61,307 nucleotides of DNA from Syntrophothermus sp. DTU052 (GCA_001512495.1 LFRU01000007.1:7497-68803), one strand, 5' to 3'. Positions 21,799-33,079 are shown, numbered from the stretch's first letter. The notes: generated by a model from the sequence alone, not told the origin. Made by a program: numbers and translations.

Positions 21799-23046
21799 GT
21801 GGACTATATTAATAAGTATGTGCTGCCGGTGGACCCAGAGGTTGCCCGGGCTATTAACCAGGAAGAGGAGCGGCAGTCCCGTAAGCTGGAACTGATCGCC
21901 TCGGAGAACTTTGTTTCCCGTGCCGTGATGGCGGCTCAGGGCGGGGTTATGACCAACAAGTACGCCGAAGGTTATCCTGGCAAGCGTTATTACGGCGGGT
22001 GCGAGTATGTTGACGTAGTCGAGGAACTGGCCCGGGAAAGGGCCAAGCAGGTCTTTGGGGCTGCTCATGCCAATGTTCAGCCGCACTCAGGGGCCCAGGC
22101 GAACACTGCAGTGTATTTTGCCGCGTTGAAGCCCGGAGATACAATAATGGGAATGAATTTAGCCCATGGGGGGCACCTGACTCATGGCAGCCCGATTAAC
22201 ATATCAGGAACCTACTTCAACATTGTCAGCTACGGCGTGGATGCCGAGAAGGAGACTATTGACTACCAGCAGGTAATGGAGATCGCTCATCAAGCCAAAC
22301 CGAAAATGATCGTGGTTGGGGCCAGCGCCTACCCGCGTACCATTGATTATAAGGCTTTCAAGGTGATTGCGGATTCGGTTTCGGCCCTGCTGATGGTGGA
22401 TATGGCACATATAGCCGGATTGATAGCAGCCGGGCTGCATCCCAGCCCGGTTCCCTATGCCGACTTCGTGACTACTACCACGCATAAGACCTTAAGAGGC
22501 CCCCGGGGGGGAATGATATTATGTAATGAGGAATGGGCAGCCAGAATCGACAGAGCTGTTTTCCCGGGTATCCAGGGGGGACCTTTGATGCATGTGATCG
22601 CCGCCAAGGCGGTCTGCTTAAAAGAGGCCATGACCGATGAGTTTTTGGTCTATCAGAAAAGAGTGGTCGAGAATGCAGCGGTACTGGCGGATGAACTTAC
22701 AAAGCATGGTTTCCGGCTGGTTTCCGGAGGTACGGATACTCACCTGATGCTGGTTGACGTCCGCAAACAGGGATTGAACGGCAAACAGGCCGAGCAGTTG
22801 CTGGAAGAGGTAAATATAACCGTTAATAAGAACGCTATTCCTTTTGATCCCGAGAAGCCGACCATAACCAGCGGGATCAGGATTGGAACCCCCGCTGTTA
22901 CCTCCAGGGGGCTGCAAGCCGAAGACATGGTGGAGATGGCGCAGGCCATTTCCTGGGCCTTGAATGAGCGGGATGAATCAAGCAAGACCAAGGCCAGAGC
23001 CATCGTTGACAGGCTCTGCAGTAAATACCCCTTGTACGGCGACTAG
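21799..23046 (+). CDS. glyA: Serine hydroxymethyltransferase
   Basis: 'LELIASENF', '[17 protein letters not shown]' and the PLP-Lys motif '[14 protein letters not shown]'. Confidence 0.95.
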   Translation: MDYINKYVLPVDPEVARAINQEEERQSRKLELIASENFVSRAVMAAQGGVMTNKYAEGYPGKRYYGGCEYVDVVEELARERAKQVFGAAHANVQPHSGAQANTAVYFAALKPGDTIMGMNLAHGGHLTHGSPINISGTYFNIVSYGVDAEKETIDYQQVMEIAHQAKPKMIVVGASAYPRTIDYKAFKVIADSVSALLMVDMAHIAGLIAAGLHPSPVPYADFVTTTTHKTLRGPRGGMILCNEEWAARIDRAVFPGIQGGPLMHVIAAKAVCLKEAMTDEFLVYQKRVVENAAVLADELTKHGFRLVSGGTDTHLMLVDVRKQGLNGKQAEQLLEEVNITVNKNAIPFDPEKPTITSGIRIGTPAVTSRGLQAEDMVEMAQAISWALNERDESSKTKARAIVDRLCSKYPLYGD

Positions 23047-23161
23047 TAGAGGAACCTGAGATTTGTTGACTGGTGGAGCAAGACCTAGAGGGCGTTACAT
23101 GGACAGAAGTGGCGACACCGGGCTTGCTCTTTTTTATTTGGTAAGGACGGGAGGTAATGAG

Positions 23162-23614
23162 ATGTCACAGGAAAGGCCTTCATGGGATGAGTACTTTTCC
23201 CAACTGGCCCGGATGGTAGCCAGCCGTTCTACCTGCATACGGCGCAAAGTAGGTGCTCTGCTGGTCAAAGAAGAACGGATTGTTGCTACCGGTTATAATG
23301 GTGCTCCGCAGGGAATTGCACACTGTCTCGACGTTGGTTGTCTGAGGGAGGAAAAGGGAATCCCTTCCGGTTATCGTTACGAGTTATGCCGGGGAGTTCA
23401 TGCTGAACAGAACGCCATTATTAACGCAGCCCGATACGGGGTATCTACTATTGATTCTGTTCTCTATTGCACCCACCAGCCCTGCATGTTATGTTCGCGT
23501 ATGCTGGTTAATGCAGGGGTAATAAGGGTTGTCCACCAGGGTGATTTTAATGATGAGTTCGCGATCAGGATTCTTAAGGAAGCAGGAATTGAAGTTACAG
23601 AAATTCGGGTTTAA
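23162..23614 (+). CDS. dCMP deaminase (ComEB-like)
   Basis: Zn motifs 'HAEQNAI' and 'PCMLCSRML'. ATG 23162 follows SD GGGAGG. Confidence 0.85.
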   Translation: MSQERPSWDEYFSQLARMVASRSTCIRRKVGALLVKEERIVATGYNGAPQGIAHCLDVGCLREEKGIPSGYRYELCRGVHAEQNAIINAARYGVSTIDSVLYCTHQPCMLCSRMLVNAGVIRVVHQGDFNDEFAIRILKEAGIEVTEIRV

Positions 23615-23629
23615 GGGAGGAGAAACGGT

Positions 23630-23950
23630 ATGAGAACCAAGACCATCAGCCTTCCCCGATTAAACCGATTAACGCCTACCTTGGAATCTACAGCATTAAA
23701 ACTGATGGAGGAAGCCGGCGAACTGGCTGAGGCTATCGGCAAGCTCCGAGGCTTAAGCGGGGAAGCGTTTCAGGTCGACGAGGAGGAGACGGTTGCCATT
23801 ATTATGAGTGAATTGCTGGATGTGGCCCAGACTGCAGTATCGATGATGTTTGTGCTGGAAGAAAACTATCAGGTTGACATTGAAGAAGCAGTAGAGAAAC
23901 ATATCAATAAACTGTGCCGCAAGGGCTATTTAGTAAAATATGTAAAGTAG
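23630..23950 (+). CDS. Small MazG-like all-alpha nucleotide pyrophosphohydrolase
   Basis: 'LMEEAGELAEAI' and 'ELLDVAQ' EExxE/D-type helices typical of the MazG/YpjD family. Confidence 0.65.
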   Translation: MRTKTISLPRLNRLTPTLESTALKLMEEAGELAEAIGKLRGLSGEAFQVDEEETVAIIMSELLDVAQTAVSMMFVLEENYQVDIEEAVEKHINKLCRKGYLVKYVK

Positions 23951-24133
23951 CAGCCGGGGAGAGGAGTCTTATTAATGGGCAGAGAACATAAGAGTCTGTG
24001 TTTGAGCGATCTTTGTGTAACAGAACCCGGCAAAGTTCAGACTATTCAAAACATGAAAAAAAGAGGAATTTGCCGTGGAGTAGAGAAATCAAATTTGGGT
24101 CAATAATGACTCATGAAGGAAAAAAGGGGAAAT

Positions 24134-24478
24134 ATGGAAAAGAAGAGCGGTAATTGGGTCAAGTCTTTGGGTAATGCTGTATCCATGGCTGCCAGCTTCG
24201 CGGCTGCGGTCGCGCTGGGTTACTTTGTCGGCAGTTATCTGGATTCGCGCCTGGGGACTGAACCCTACCTGATGCTGATCCTGTTACTGCTGGGAGTGGC
24301 GACCGGTCTTAAAATAATGTATGAGCAGGCATTCGGAAAAAGAAACGACAAGAGCTTCGGGGAAGAGAAGATGGAATCACAGAAGTACCGGCCCAGCAAA
24401 GAGATAATTGCCGCGCTGGACGAGGCCAAAAAAAGGCTGGCAGAGCTGGACAAATCCGAGCCTGAATCTAGAGACTAA
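24134..24478 (+). CDS. atpZ: AtpZ/AtpR-like small membrane protein, first gene of the atp operon
   Basis: Two TM helices ('AVSMAASFAAAVALGYFVG', 'YLMLILLLLGVATG'). Position immediately upstream of atpI. ATG 24134 follows SD AAGGGGA. Confidence 0.6.
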   Translation: MEKKSGNWVKSLGNAVSMAASFAAAVALGYFVGSYLDSRLGTEPYLMLILLLLGVATGLKIMYEQAFGKRNDKSFGEEKMESQKYRPSKEIIAALDEAKKRLAELDKSEPESRD

Positions 24479-24501
24479 TATAACCAAGAGGATGCTGCAG
24501 G

Positions 24502-24822
24502 ATGTATAATATGACAGTGTTCATAGGGGTAGCGGTTGGTCTGGTATTATCCGGTCTGTCAGTCTGGTTAAACCTAAAGACATTGAAAATAGCCGGGGAA
24601 ATGCCGCCCCGGGAAGGTGCCAAACAGATTATTATCAGGTATATGGCTAGAATTGCGGCACTAACCGTATTTTTGGGGTTGCTTACCTGGCTGGCAGGAT
24701 TATATATAATAATTGGAATTTTAAGCGGTATGGTCCTCGGTAGTATAGTCTTTCTGGTCGTAAGTCGGGGCAATCGGACATTTATTGAACGTTTGGTTAA
24801 CGGACCTGGAGGACGGTACTGA
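24502..24822 (+). CDS. atpI: ATP synthase protein I
   Basis: 106-aa hydrophobic protein between atpZ and atpB. Confidence 0.6.
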   Translation: MYNMTVFIGVAVGLVLSGLSVWLNLKTLKIAGEMPPREGAKQIIIRYMARIAALTVFLGLLTWLAGLYIIIGILSGMVLGSIVFLVVSRGNRTFIERLVNGPGGRY

Positions 24823-24861
24823 GTCGTTATATCAAATTCTAAAAGGAAAGGGGGGGAAGTA

Positions 24862-25554
24862 GTGATATTTGCGTTAGAACTGCCAATATATGATCCACTG
24901 TTTACAATAGCGGATAAGCTGCCAGTGCCAGATCTGATTGTTACCGAATGGGCCATTATACTAATCATTGGACTATTTGCATATTTTTCCACCCGCAAAA
25001 TGGAAAGGGTCCCCCGGGGCTTACAAAATGCCTTTGAAATGATAGTTCAATGGACTTTTGATTTCTTTGGGCAGCTGCTGGGTGAATCGGTAGCCAAGAA
25101 ATGGACGCCATTATTGTCGACCTTTTTCTTGTTTATACTGGTATCAAACTACAGTGGTCTGATCCCTGGGGCAGCTACTATTGATGGTTTTAAAGCGCCT
25201 ACCAGCGACTGGAACGTAACAGCCACTTTAGCGATTATTGTGTTCTTTACGGTGCAGGTAGCCGGGTTCAGAGAGCACAAGCTTGGTTATTTTGGAAACT
25301 TTATCAAGCCAACGCCATTGATGCTGCCGTTGAACCTTCTTGAAGAGGTAGTTCGTCCGCTGTCTCTGACACTCCGTCTATTTGGTAATGTTTTTGGAGA
25401 AGAAATGATAGTTGGCATGCTACTGATGATGGTTCCGTTCCTGATACCGATGCCTTTGATGGCCTTAGGGCTGTTGACAGGGGCAATCCAGGCGATTGTG
25501 TTTACCATCCTGTCATCGAGTTATATTGCAGGAGCTACCGGAGAAGGTCACTAA
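24862..25554 (+). CDS. atpB: F0 subunit a
   Basis: Essential Arg context 'LSLTLRLFGNVFGEE'. GTG start after SD GGGGGGAAG. Confidence 0.9.
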   Translation: MIFALELPIYDPLFTIADKLPVPDLIVTEWAIILIIGLFAYFSTRKMERVPRGLQNAFEMIVQWTFDFFGQLLGESVAKKWTPLLSTFFLFILVSNYSGLIPGAATIDGFKAPTSDWNVTATLAIIVFFTVQVAGFREHKLGYFGNFIKPTPLMLPLNLLEEVVRPLSLTLRLFGNVFGEEMIVGMLLMMVPFLIPMPLMALGLLTGAIQAIVFTILSSSYIAGATGEGH

Positions 25555-25638
25555 ACTTACCATGTTATGGGTCATTTTTCATATCAGTGAAGAAATGAAA
25601 TGCAACATTCACTGAAGCAGGAAAGGAGGGAAATTGTA

Positions 25639-25866
25639 ATGGAAGGGATGTTTGCAATTGGTGCCGGCATTGCTGTAGCCGTAGGAGCTTTGGGCGGTGG
25701 TATCGGCATGGGCAGCCTTGGAGGAAAAGCTATGGAAAGTATCGCCCGGCAGCCCGAAGTCGCGGATCAGGTTAGAACTCTGCTGTTTATCACCCTGGCT
25801 TTTATTGAAACCCTGACTATTTACGGCCTGCTTATCGCATTTATGCTGGTTGGCAAAATTGGATAA
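25639..25866 (+). CDS. atpE: F0 subunit c (operon copy)
   Basis: 'ARQPE' loop and ion-binding Glu in 'AFIETLTIYGL'. ATG 25639 follows SD GGAGGG. Confidence 0.9.
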   Translation: MEGMFAIGAGIAVAVGALGGGIGMGSLGGKAMESIARQPEVADQVRTLLFITLAFIETLTIYGLLIAFMLVGKIG

Positions 25867-25899
25867 TATTGGAGAAAATTGGGAGTCTAACGCATAGTT

Positions 25900-25942
25900 T
25901 GGGCGATGAGAGGACAATCGTTGGGGAAAGACTCATCGCCCA
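25900..25942 (+). other. Perfect 11-bp stem-loop in the atpE-atpF spacer
   Basis: TGGGCGATGAG (25900-25910) pairs with CTCATCGCCCA (25932-25942) across a 21-nt loop. A T6 run lies at 25951-25956. Confidence 0.5.
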
Positions 25943-25977
25943 CAAAACTATTTTTTCCGTAATGAATGGAGGTAGAC

Positions 25978-26574
25978 ATGCCTGTGAGAAGTAGAAAATG
26001 GTTAGCCCTGGCGGTTCTACTCCTGAGTATGCTTATCGTGATGGGACTGGCAACCTCCTGTTTGGCGTCAGAGGAAGGAGTACCACCTTTCCCTGATATA
26101 GCGAAGATAGGGTGGACCGCAGTTAACTTTTTTCTGTTGCTAGCCATACTATATAAATTTGGATTCAATCCTGTGAGCAATATGTTGGAAGAACGCACCA
26201 ACACCATCGAGAGTTCGTTGAGGCATGCCGAGGAATTGCTGGTTGAAGTTGAACAGATGAGAAAGGACTCGGCAGCCGAGTTGGCCGAAGCTCGCAGGGA
26301 GGCTCAGGAGATAGTGGCTCGGAGTACTCAAATTGCAGAAGAGACGAAGAATGAGATTATCTCCAAGGCTGAGGCTGAAGCAACAAGTATGAAAAATAAA
26401 GCAATCGCCGAGATTCAGGCAGAAAAGGAACAGGCTCTCTCGGAGCTGCGTGATACCGCAGCTACGCTGGCTATTATGGCGGCAGAAAAAGTCTTGGGCA
26501 GGGCGCTGACTGATGACGATCATCAGGTGATGGTCAAAGAATTCATTAAGGATGCAGGGGATCTGTTATGTTAA
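25978..26574 (+). CDS. atpF: F0 subunit b
   Basis: N-terminal TM followed by a long charged helix (EELLVEVEQMRKD...). ATG 25978 follows SD GGAGG. Confidence 0.85.
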   Translation: MPVRSRKWLALAVLLLSMLIVMGLATSCLASEEGVPPFPDIAKIGWTAVNFFLLLAILYKFGFNPVSNMLEERTNTIESSLRHAEELLVEVEQMRKDSAAELAEARREAQEIVARSTQIAEETKNEIISKAEAEATSMKNKAIAEIQAEKEQALSELRDTAATLAIMAAEKVLGRALTDDDHQVMVKEFIKDAGDLLC

Positions 26575-27116
26575 ACAAGAGTGTCGGTAGGCGCTATGCA
26601 GAGGCCTTTTTTGCCATCGCCCAAGAACAAAACAAGATTGACGAGTTCGAGAAAGAATTGGCGGACGTGGTGGATGTCATCATGTCCCATGAAGATCTCA
26701 AAGCGTTCATGTTTCATGTGCTTATACCGCCTCAGGAGAAGAAAGATATCCTGTCTCGGTTATTTGCCGATCGGGTCTCACCAAGCACGCTCAGTTTTCT
26801 GAACCTGGTTATCGACAAGAGAAGGGTTGATCACCTAGGAGTAATGTTTGATGAGTATCGGGCAATGGCTGACGAAAGCAAGAACATCATCAAGGCTGAA
26901 GTGACATCAGCCAAAGACGTTAGCGAGCAGGATATTGCGGGACTTGAAAAGACCCTTTCCGAAGCGACCGGCAAGAAGGTCAGAGTAACGCTGACTGTAG
27001 ATCCGTCTTTGATCGGCGGGGTTAAGGTCCGGATAGGTGATAGGGTTATTGACGCCAGCGTTGTAAAGAAACTTGACATGCTTAAATCAAGCCTCAAGAG
27101 AGTAAAGATCAGCTAG
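26568..27116 (+). CDS. atpH: F1 subunit delta (OSCP)
   Basis: 'RRYAEAFF.IA' N-terminus and 'GG..V.IGD.V.D.S' C-terminus. Overlaps the atpF stop. Confidence 0.85.
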   Translation: MLNKSVGRRYAEAFFAIAQEQNKIDEFEKELADVVDVIMSHEDLKAFMFHVLIPPQEKKDILSRLFADRVSPSTLSFLNLVIDKRRVDHLGVMFDEYRAMADESKNIIKAEVTSAKDVSEQDIAGLEKTLSEATGKKVRVTLTVDPSLIGGVKVRIGDRVIDASVVKKLDMLKSSLKRVKIS

Positions 27117-28643
<1,527 letters not shown>

Positions 28644-28657
28644 GTGGTGAATAAGTA

Positions 28658-29554
28658 ATGGCAAAGGGAGTAAGAGACTACAAGAGACGCATTCGAAGCG
28701 TCAACAATACCATGCAGATTACCAGAGCCATGAAAATGGTTGACGCCGCCAAGCTGAGGAGAGCACAGGAGAAGGCTGAGGCCTCTCGTCCCTATACCGG
28801 CAAGCTGCAGGAGGTTGTTGCCAGGCTGGTAGCGATGGCAGCACAGGCCAAACACCCGCTGCTGGAAAGGCATGATCCGATTAAAAAGGTCACCTACGTG
28901 GTAATTACTGCGGACCGAGGATTGTGCGGAGCCTTTAACACCAATATTATAAGGCGGGCCATCCATGCTATTAGTGAGGATGGAAGGCCGGTGGAAGCGG
29001 GCATTGTAGCAGTGGGCAGGAAAGGTCGTGACTTTTACCGCAAGCGGGGATATAACCTCCAGGGAGATTTCATCAACCTGGGTGATAAACTTGACTATAC
29101 CCAGGCCCGGGAGATTGGACAGTTTATTGCTCAACTGTATGAAGAGGGAGCTGCTGATGAGGTTTACCTCGTCTATGCTCACTTCGTCAATGCTATGCGA
29201 CAGATACCTACGGTGCAAAAGGTGCTGCCGATAGAGACACCGGAAGAGATTACGGCCGAGGCCGAAGAATTCGCCAAATTCGCGCCGGATTACATCTACG
29301 AGCCCAATGTAGAGGAGATCCTGATTAGCCTGCTGCCGCGTTACCTGATGAGCCAGGTGTATCATGCCATGTTGGAATCCAAGGCCAGCGAGCATGGAGC
29401 TCGTATGACGGCTATGGGGAATGCAACCGAAAACGCATCAGAGTTGGTGGAAGTACTTACACTGGAGATGAACAAAGCCCGGCAGGCTGCTATAACCAGT
29501 GAAATAATAGAGATCTCCGGTGGCGCAGAGGCTCTGAAAAAAGGAGGCAAGTAG
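28658..29554 (+). CDS. atpG: F1 subunit gamma
   Basis: 'IRSVNNTMQITRAMKMV' N-terminus and 'ARQAAITSEIIEI' C-terminus. Confidence 0.9.
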   Translation: MAKGVRDYKRRIRSVNNTMQITRAMKMVDAAKLRRAQEKAEASRPYTGKLQEVVARLVAMAAQAKHPLLERHDPIKKVTYVVITADRGLCGAFNTNIIRRAIHAISEDGRPVEAGIVAVGRKGRDFYRKRGYNLQGDFINLGDKLDYTQAREIGQFIAQLYEEGAADEVYLVYAHFVNAMRQIPTVQKVLPIETPEEITAEAEEFAKFAPDYIYEPNVEEILISLLPRYLMSQVYHAMLESKASEHGARMTAMGNATENASELVEVLTLEMNKARQAAITSEIIEISGGAEALKKGGK

Positions 29555-30988
<1,434 letters not shown>

Positions 30989-30991
30989 CCT

Positions 30992-31408
30992 ATGGCGGGA
31001 AACACCTTTTTGTTGGAGGTGGTTACTCCGGAACGCATTGCATTGAGTGAAGAGGTGAAATTCGTAGTAGTACCCGCGATGGAAGGGGAACTGGGAATAC
31101 TGAGTAACCACGCACCCATAGTTGCAGGTTTAAGAATAGGGGTATTGAGGTACACCATGCCCAATGGCGAAGTTCATTATATGGCACTCAGTGGCGGGCT
31201 GATGGAAGTAATCGACAACGAAGCCAAGGTTCTGGCCGAGACCGCCGAACATGGTCGGGAGGTTGACCTGCTCCGGGCAAAAGCGGCCAAGGAGCGTGCC
31301 GAAAGAAGGTTGGCGGAGAGGCAGGATCAGATCAGCTACGTCAGAGCCCAGATGGCATTGCTTCGAGCATTGGCCAGAATCAAAGCGTCAGAACTGGAGC
31401 GAGGATAA
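30992..31408 (+). CDS. atpC: F1 subunit epsilon
   Basis: Beta-sandwich N-domain 'LEVVTPE' followed by a two-helix C-domain. Last gene of the operon. Confidence 0.9.
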   Translation: MAGNTFLLEVVTPERIALSEEVKFVVVPAMEGELGILSNHAPIVAGLRIGVLRYTMPNGEVHYMALSGGLMEVIDNEAKVLAETAEHGREVDLLRAKAAKERAERRLAERQDQISYVRAQMALLRALARIKASELERG

Positions 31409-31422
31409 TTAAGGTTTAAGGT

Positions 31423-31452
31423 GTGATAAGCCGGGGTACCCCGGCTTATCAC
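31423..31452. terminator. 30-nt perfect palindrome after atpC (terminator-like, no U tract)
   Basis: GTGATAAGCCGGGG-TA-CCCCGGCTTATCAC. Confidence 0.5.
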
Positions 31453-31528
31453 ATAATCGTACCAGTAAATGATGCAAAGGATAAATACCTCTGGTAGGAG
31501 GAATGTCATATTCAGGGGGGCGTCTTGA

Positions 31529-31687
31529 ATGAGCAGTCTGCAGAAGCTTTTCCTCTTACTCGCTTTGGGGTATTTGCTGGTGAAACTGGTATTTGCCCTG
31601 CTGTTGTATGCAGCTACCAAAAGGGTAGAAGAAAAGGGGCGAGAATTTCACAGAAAAAGAAATGCACTGAAAGATAAGACCGTCTAG
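31529..31687 (+). CDS. 52-aa single-TM protein, short member (A1) of a local three-paralog family
   Basis: Not in the ORF track (<60 aa). MSSLQKLFLLLALGYLLVKLVFALLLYAATKRVEEKGREFHRKRNALKDKTV. SD GGGGGG lies 8 nt upstream. Its own terminator contains the stop codon. Shares 'LQKxFLLxAxGYLxxKxV...Y' and 'EKxxxxxKR' with the ORFs at 32346 and 32786. Confidence 0.6.
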   Translation: MSSLQKLFLLLALGYLLVKLVFALLLYAATKRVEEKGREFHRKRNALKDKTV

Positions 31688-31703
31688 ACGGTCTTATTAT
31701 TTT
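31674..31703 (+). terminator. Intrinsic terminator after small ORF A1
   Basis: ATAAGACCGTC-TA-GACGGTCTTAT followed by TATTTT. Confidence 0.7.
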
Positions 31704-32004
31704 GGCCTGGTGGCATTATTCATTAATGGATTCCTCATCAAATTTCTCCCTGGATCATAAAATAGAATGAGACAGTATATCAATTACAGGAAATTTAAAG
31801 AAGGATATTCTGCAAGCGTGGCGAATAGTATTCACACCTGAATTGACAGAATATATTATACAATCAATACACCGAAGCGGTCTTCAGCGGCCCGGCACAA
31901 CATTGCACCATTTTAAGTACCGGATACACCAGGGGAATAACAGGAAAGGGGTGATAGGTCAAGATTATTAGTCGTTTAATACAGAGAGAAAAGGAGGAGG
32001 AGTT

Positions 32005-32229
32005 ATGGGAGGGACGGTGGCTATTGGAGCGGCCATGTCTGTTGCCATATCTGGGTTCGGCGGTAGCCTCGGCATGGGTAGCCTTGGGGGGAAGGCCATG
32101 GAGAGCATTGCCCGTCAACCAGAGGTTGCGGAACAAGTACGTACCCTGCTATTCATTACTTTAGCCTTCATCGAAACATTAACCATCTATGGATTGTTAA
32201 TCGCATTTATGCTTGTCGGCAAGATTTAG
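32005..32229 (+). CDS. atpE: Second, orphan F0 c-subunit paralog (74 aa)
   Basis: MGGTVAIGAAMSVAISGFGGSLGMGSLGGKAMESIARQPEVAEQVRTLLFITLAFIETLTIYGLLIAFMLVGKI. The C-terminal 52 residues match the operon copy except one D->E. Very strong SD AAGGAGGAGG. Confidence 0.85.
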   Translation: MGGTVAIGAAMSVAISGFGGSLGMGSLGGKAMESIARQPEVAEQVRTLLFITLAFIETLTIYGLLIAFMLVGKI

Positions 32230-32345
32230 CATACACTTCATCAAAGTTCTAATCGTGAGTAACCGTTTAACTGAAAACAACATTCCCGGCTAACAGGTCA
32301 GCAAAGACGTCTTAAGCACCTGGTTGCTTAGGAAGGGGAGGACTC

Positions 32346-32579
32346 ATGACCTTACTCCAAAAAGTCTTTCTCCTGTTCGCTTTGATGTACCTTCTAATCA
32401 AAGGAGTCATCTTTTTCGCCCTGTATCTGATTACGCTACGGATAGAGAAAAGGGCCCTGGCTTTAAAAAGAAAAAGGGAAAAAATACTCAGAAAAAGATG
32501 GCTCCAAAACCGTGAATTATATCGTAAGCAATACGAAGACTATGAGAAACGAAAGAAGTTGATAGATGCCAACGAATAA
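32346..32579 (+). CDS. 77-aa single-TM protein with Lys/Arg-rich helical tail (paralog A2)
   Basis: MTLLQKVFLLFALMYLLIKGVIFFALYLITLRIEKRALALKRKREKILRKRWLQNRELYRKQYEDYEKRKKLIDANE. SD GGGGAGG. About 50% identical (hand alignment) to the frame starting at 32786. Confidence 0.7.
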   Translation: MTLLQKVFLLFALMYLLIKGVIFFALYLITLRIEKRALALKRKREKILRKRWLQNRELYRKQYEDYEKRKKLIDANE

Positions 32580-32785
32580 TGGCAGGACCTCCCAGTAAAG
32601 TTAATTAAATAACCGAGGGTAAAATAAAGAGCGGAATATGGCAACCAAGCCGGAAAGAAATAATGTCGGCTCAGAAACAAGCGATTATGAGGCAGTGGCC
32701 GAATTGGTGAACTAAAGATTAAGCACGGCTCATACAAAGATACAGACAGAGTATGAGAAGAGTATGAAGGAGGAGGTGTTGCCAC

Positions 32786-33019
32786 ATAACTGCACTCCAA
32801 AAGATATTTCTGCTTATTGCCGTTGGATACTTAATAATCAAGGTGGTAATGGGCATCATTGTCTATATAATCACCCTCGAAGTGGAGAAAAAGGGGCTGG
32901 AACGCAAGAGGCACAGAGAGGCTTTATTAAGGGAAAGACGAATGAAAAATCGGGAACTGTATCGTAGGCAATACCTTCAACTGGAGGAGAGAAAAAGAGA
33001 GTTTGCGGCGATGGAATAA
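32786..33019 (+). CDS. 77-codon paralog A3; ATA occupies the start position (non-canonical start or recently inactivated gene)
   Basis: Frame not reported in the ORF track. (ATA)TALQKIFLLIAVGYLIIKVVMGIIVYIITLEVEKKGLERKRHREALLRERRMKNRELYRRQYLQLEERKREFAAME. SD AGGAGG ends 9 nt before the ATA. There is no in-frame ATG/GTG/TTG between the upstream TGA (32765) and the internal Met codon 21. Confidence 0.45.
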   Translation: MTALQKIFLLIAVGYLIIKVVMGIIVYIITLEVEKKGLERKRHREALLRERRMKNRELYRRQYLQLEERKREFAAME

Positions 33020-33056
33020 CGCATGAATTCCAGATTAACAAGGCCACAACATGAAT

Positions 33057-33079
33057 CCCCGTAATTACGGGGTTTTTTT
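33057..33079 (+). terminator. Intrinsic terminator closing the atpE2-A2-A3 unit
   Basis: CCCCGTA-AT-TACGGGG followed by T7, nested inside an outer stem CAAGGCCACAA / TTGTGGCCTTG (33039-33088). Confidence 0.8.

Noticed and set aside
31503-31532. 9-codon mini-ORF (MSYSGGRLE) whose TGA overlaps the ATG of small ORF A1 (ATGA)
   Set aside because: The AGGAGG upstream ends only 1 nt before its ATG, which is too close for initiation. It is probably coincidental, although an upstream leader peptide cannot be fully excluded.
31843-31871. Perfect -35 hexamer TTGACA upstream of atpE2
   Set aside because: No acceptable -10 hexamer at 16-18 nt spacing (AATACA at best), so I do not call a promoter. The atpE2 transcription start remains unknown.
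32324-32515. ORF-track entries 32324-32515 (63 aa) and 32764-32967 (67 aa)
   Set aside because: They are alternative frames over A2 and A3. The frames I call instead are mutually homologous along their whole length and have TM + basic-tail logic. These two frames share no similarity with each other or with anything else.
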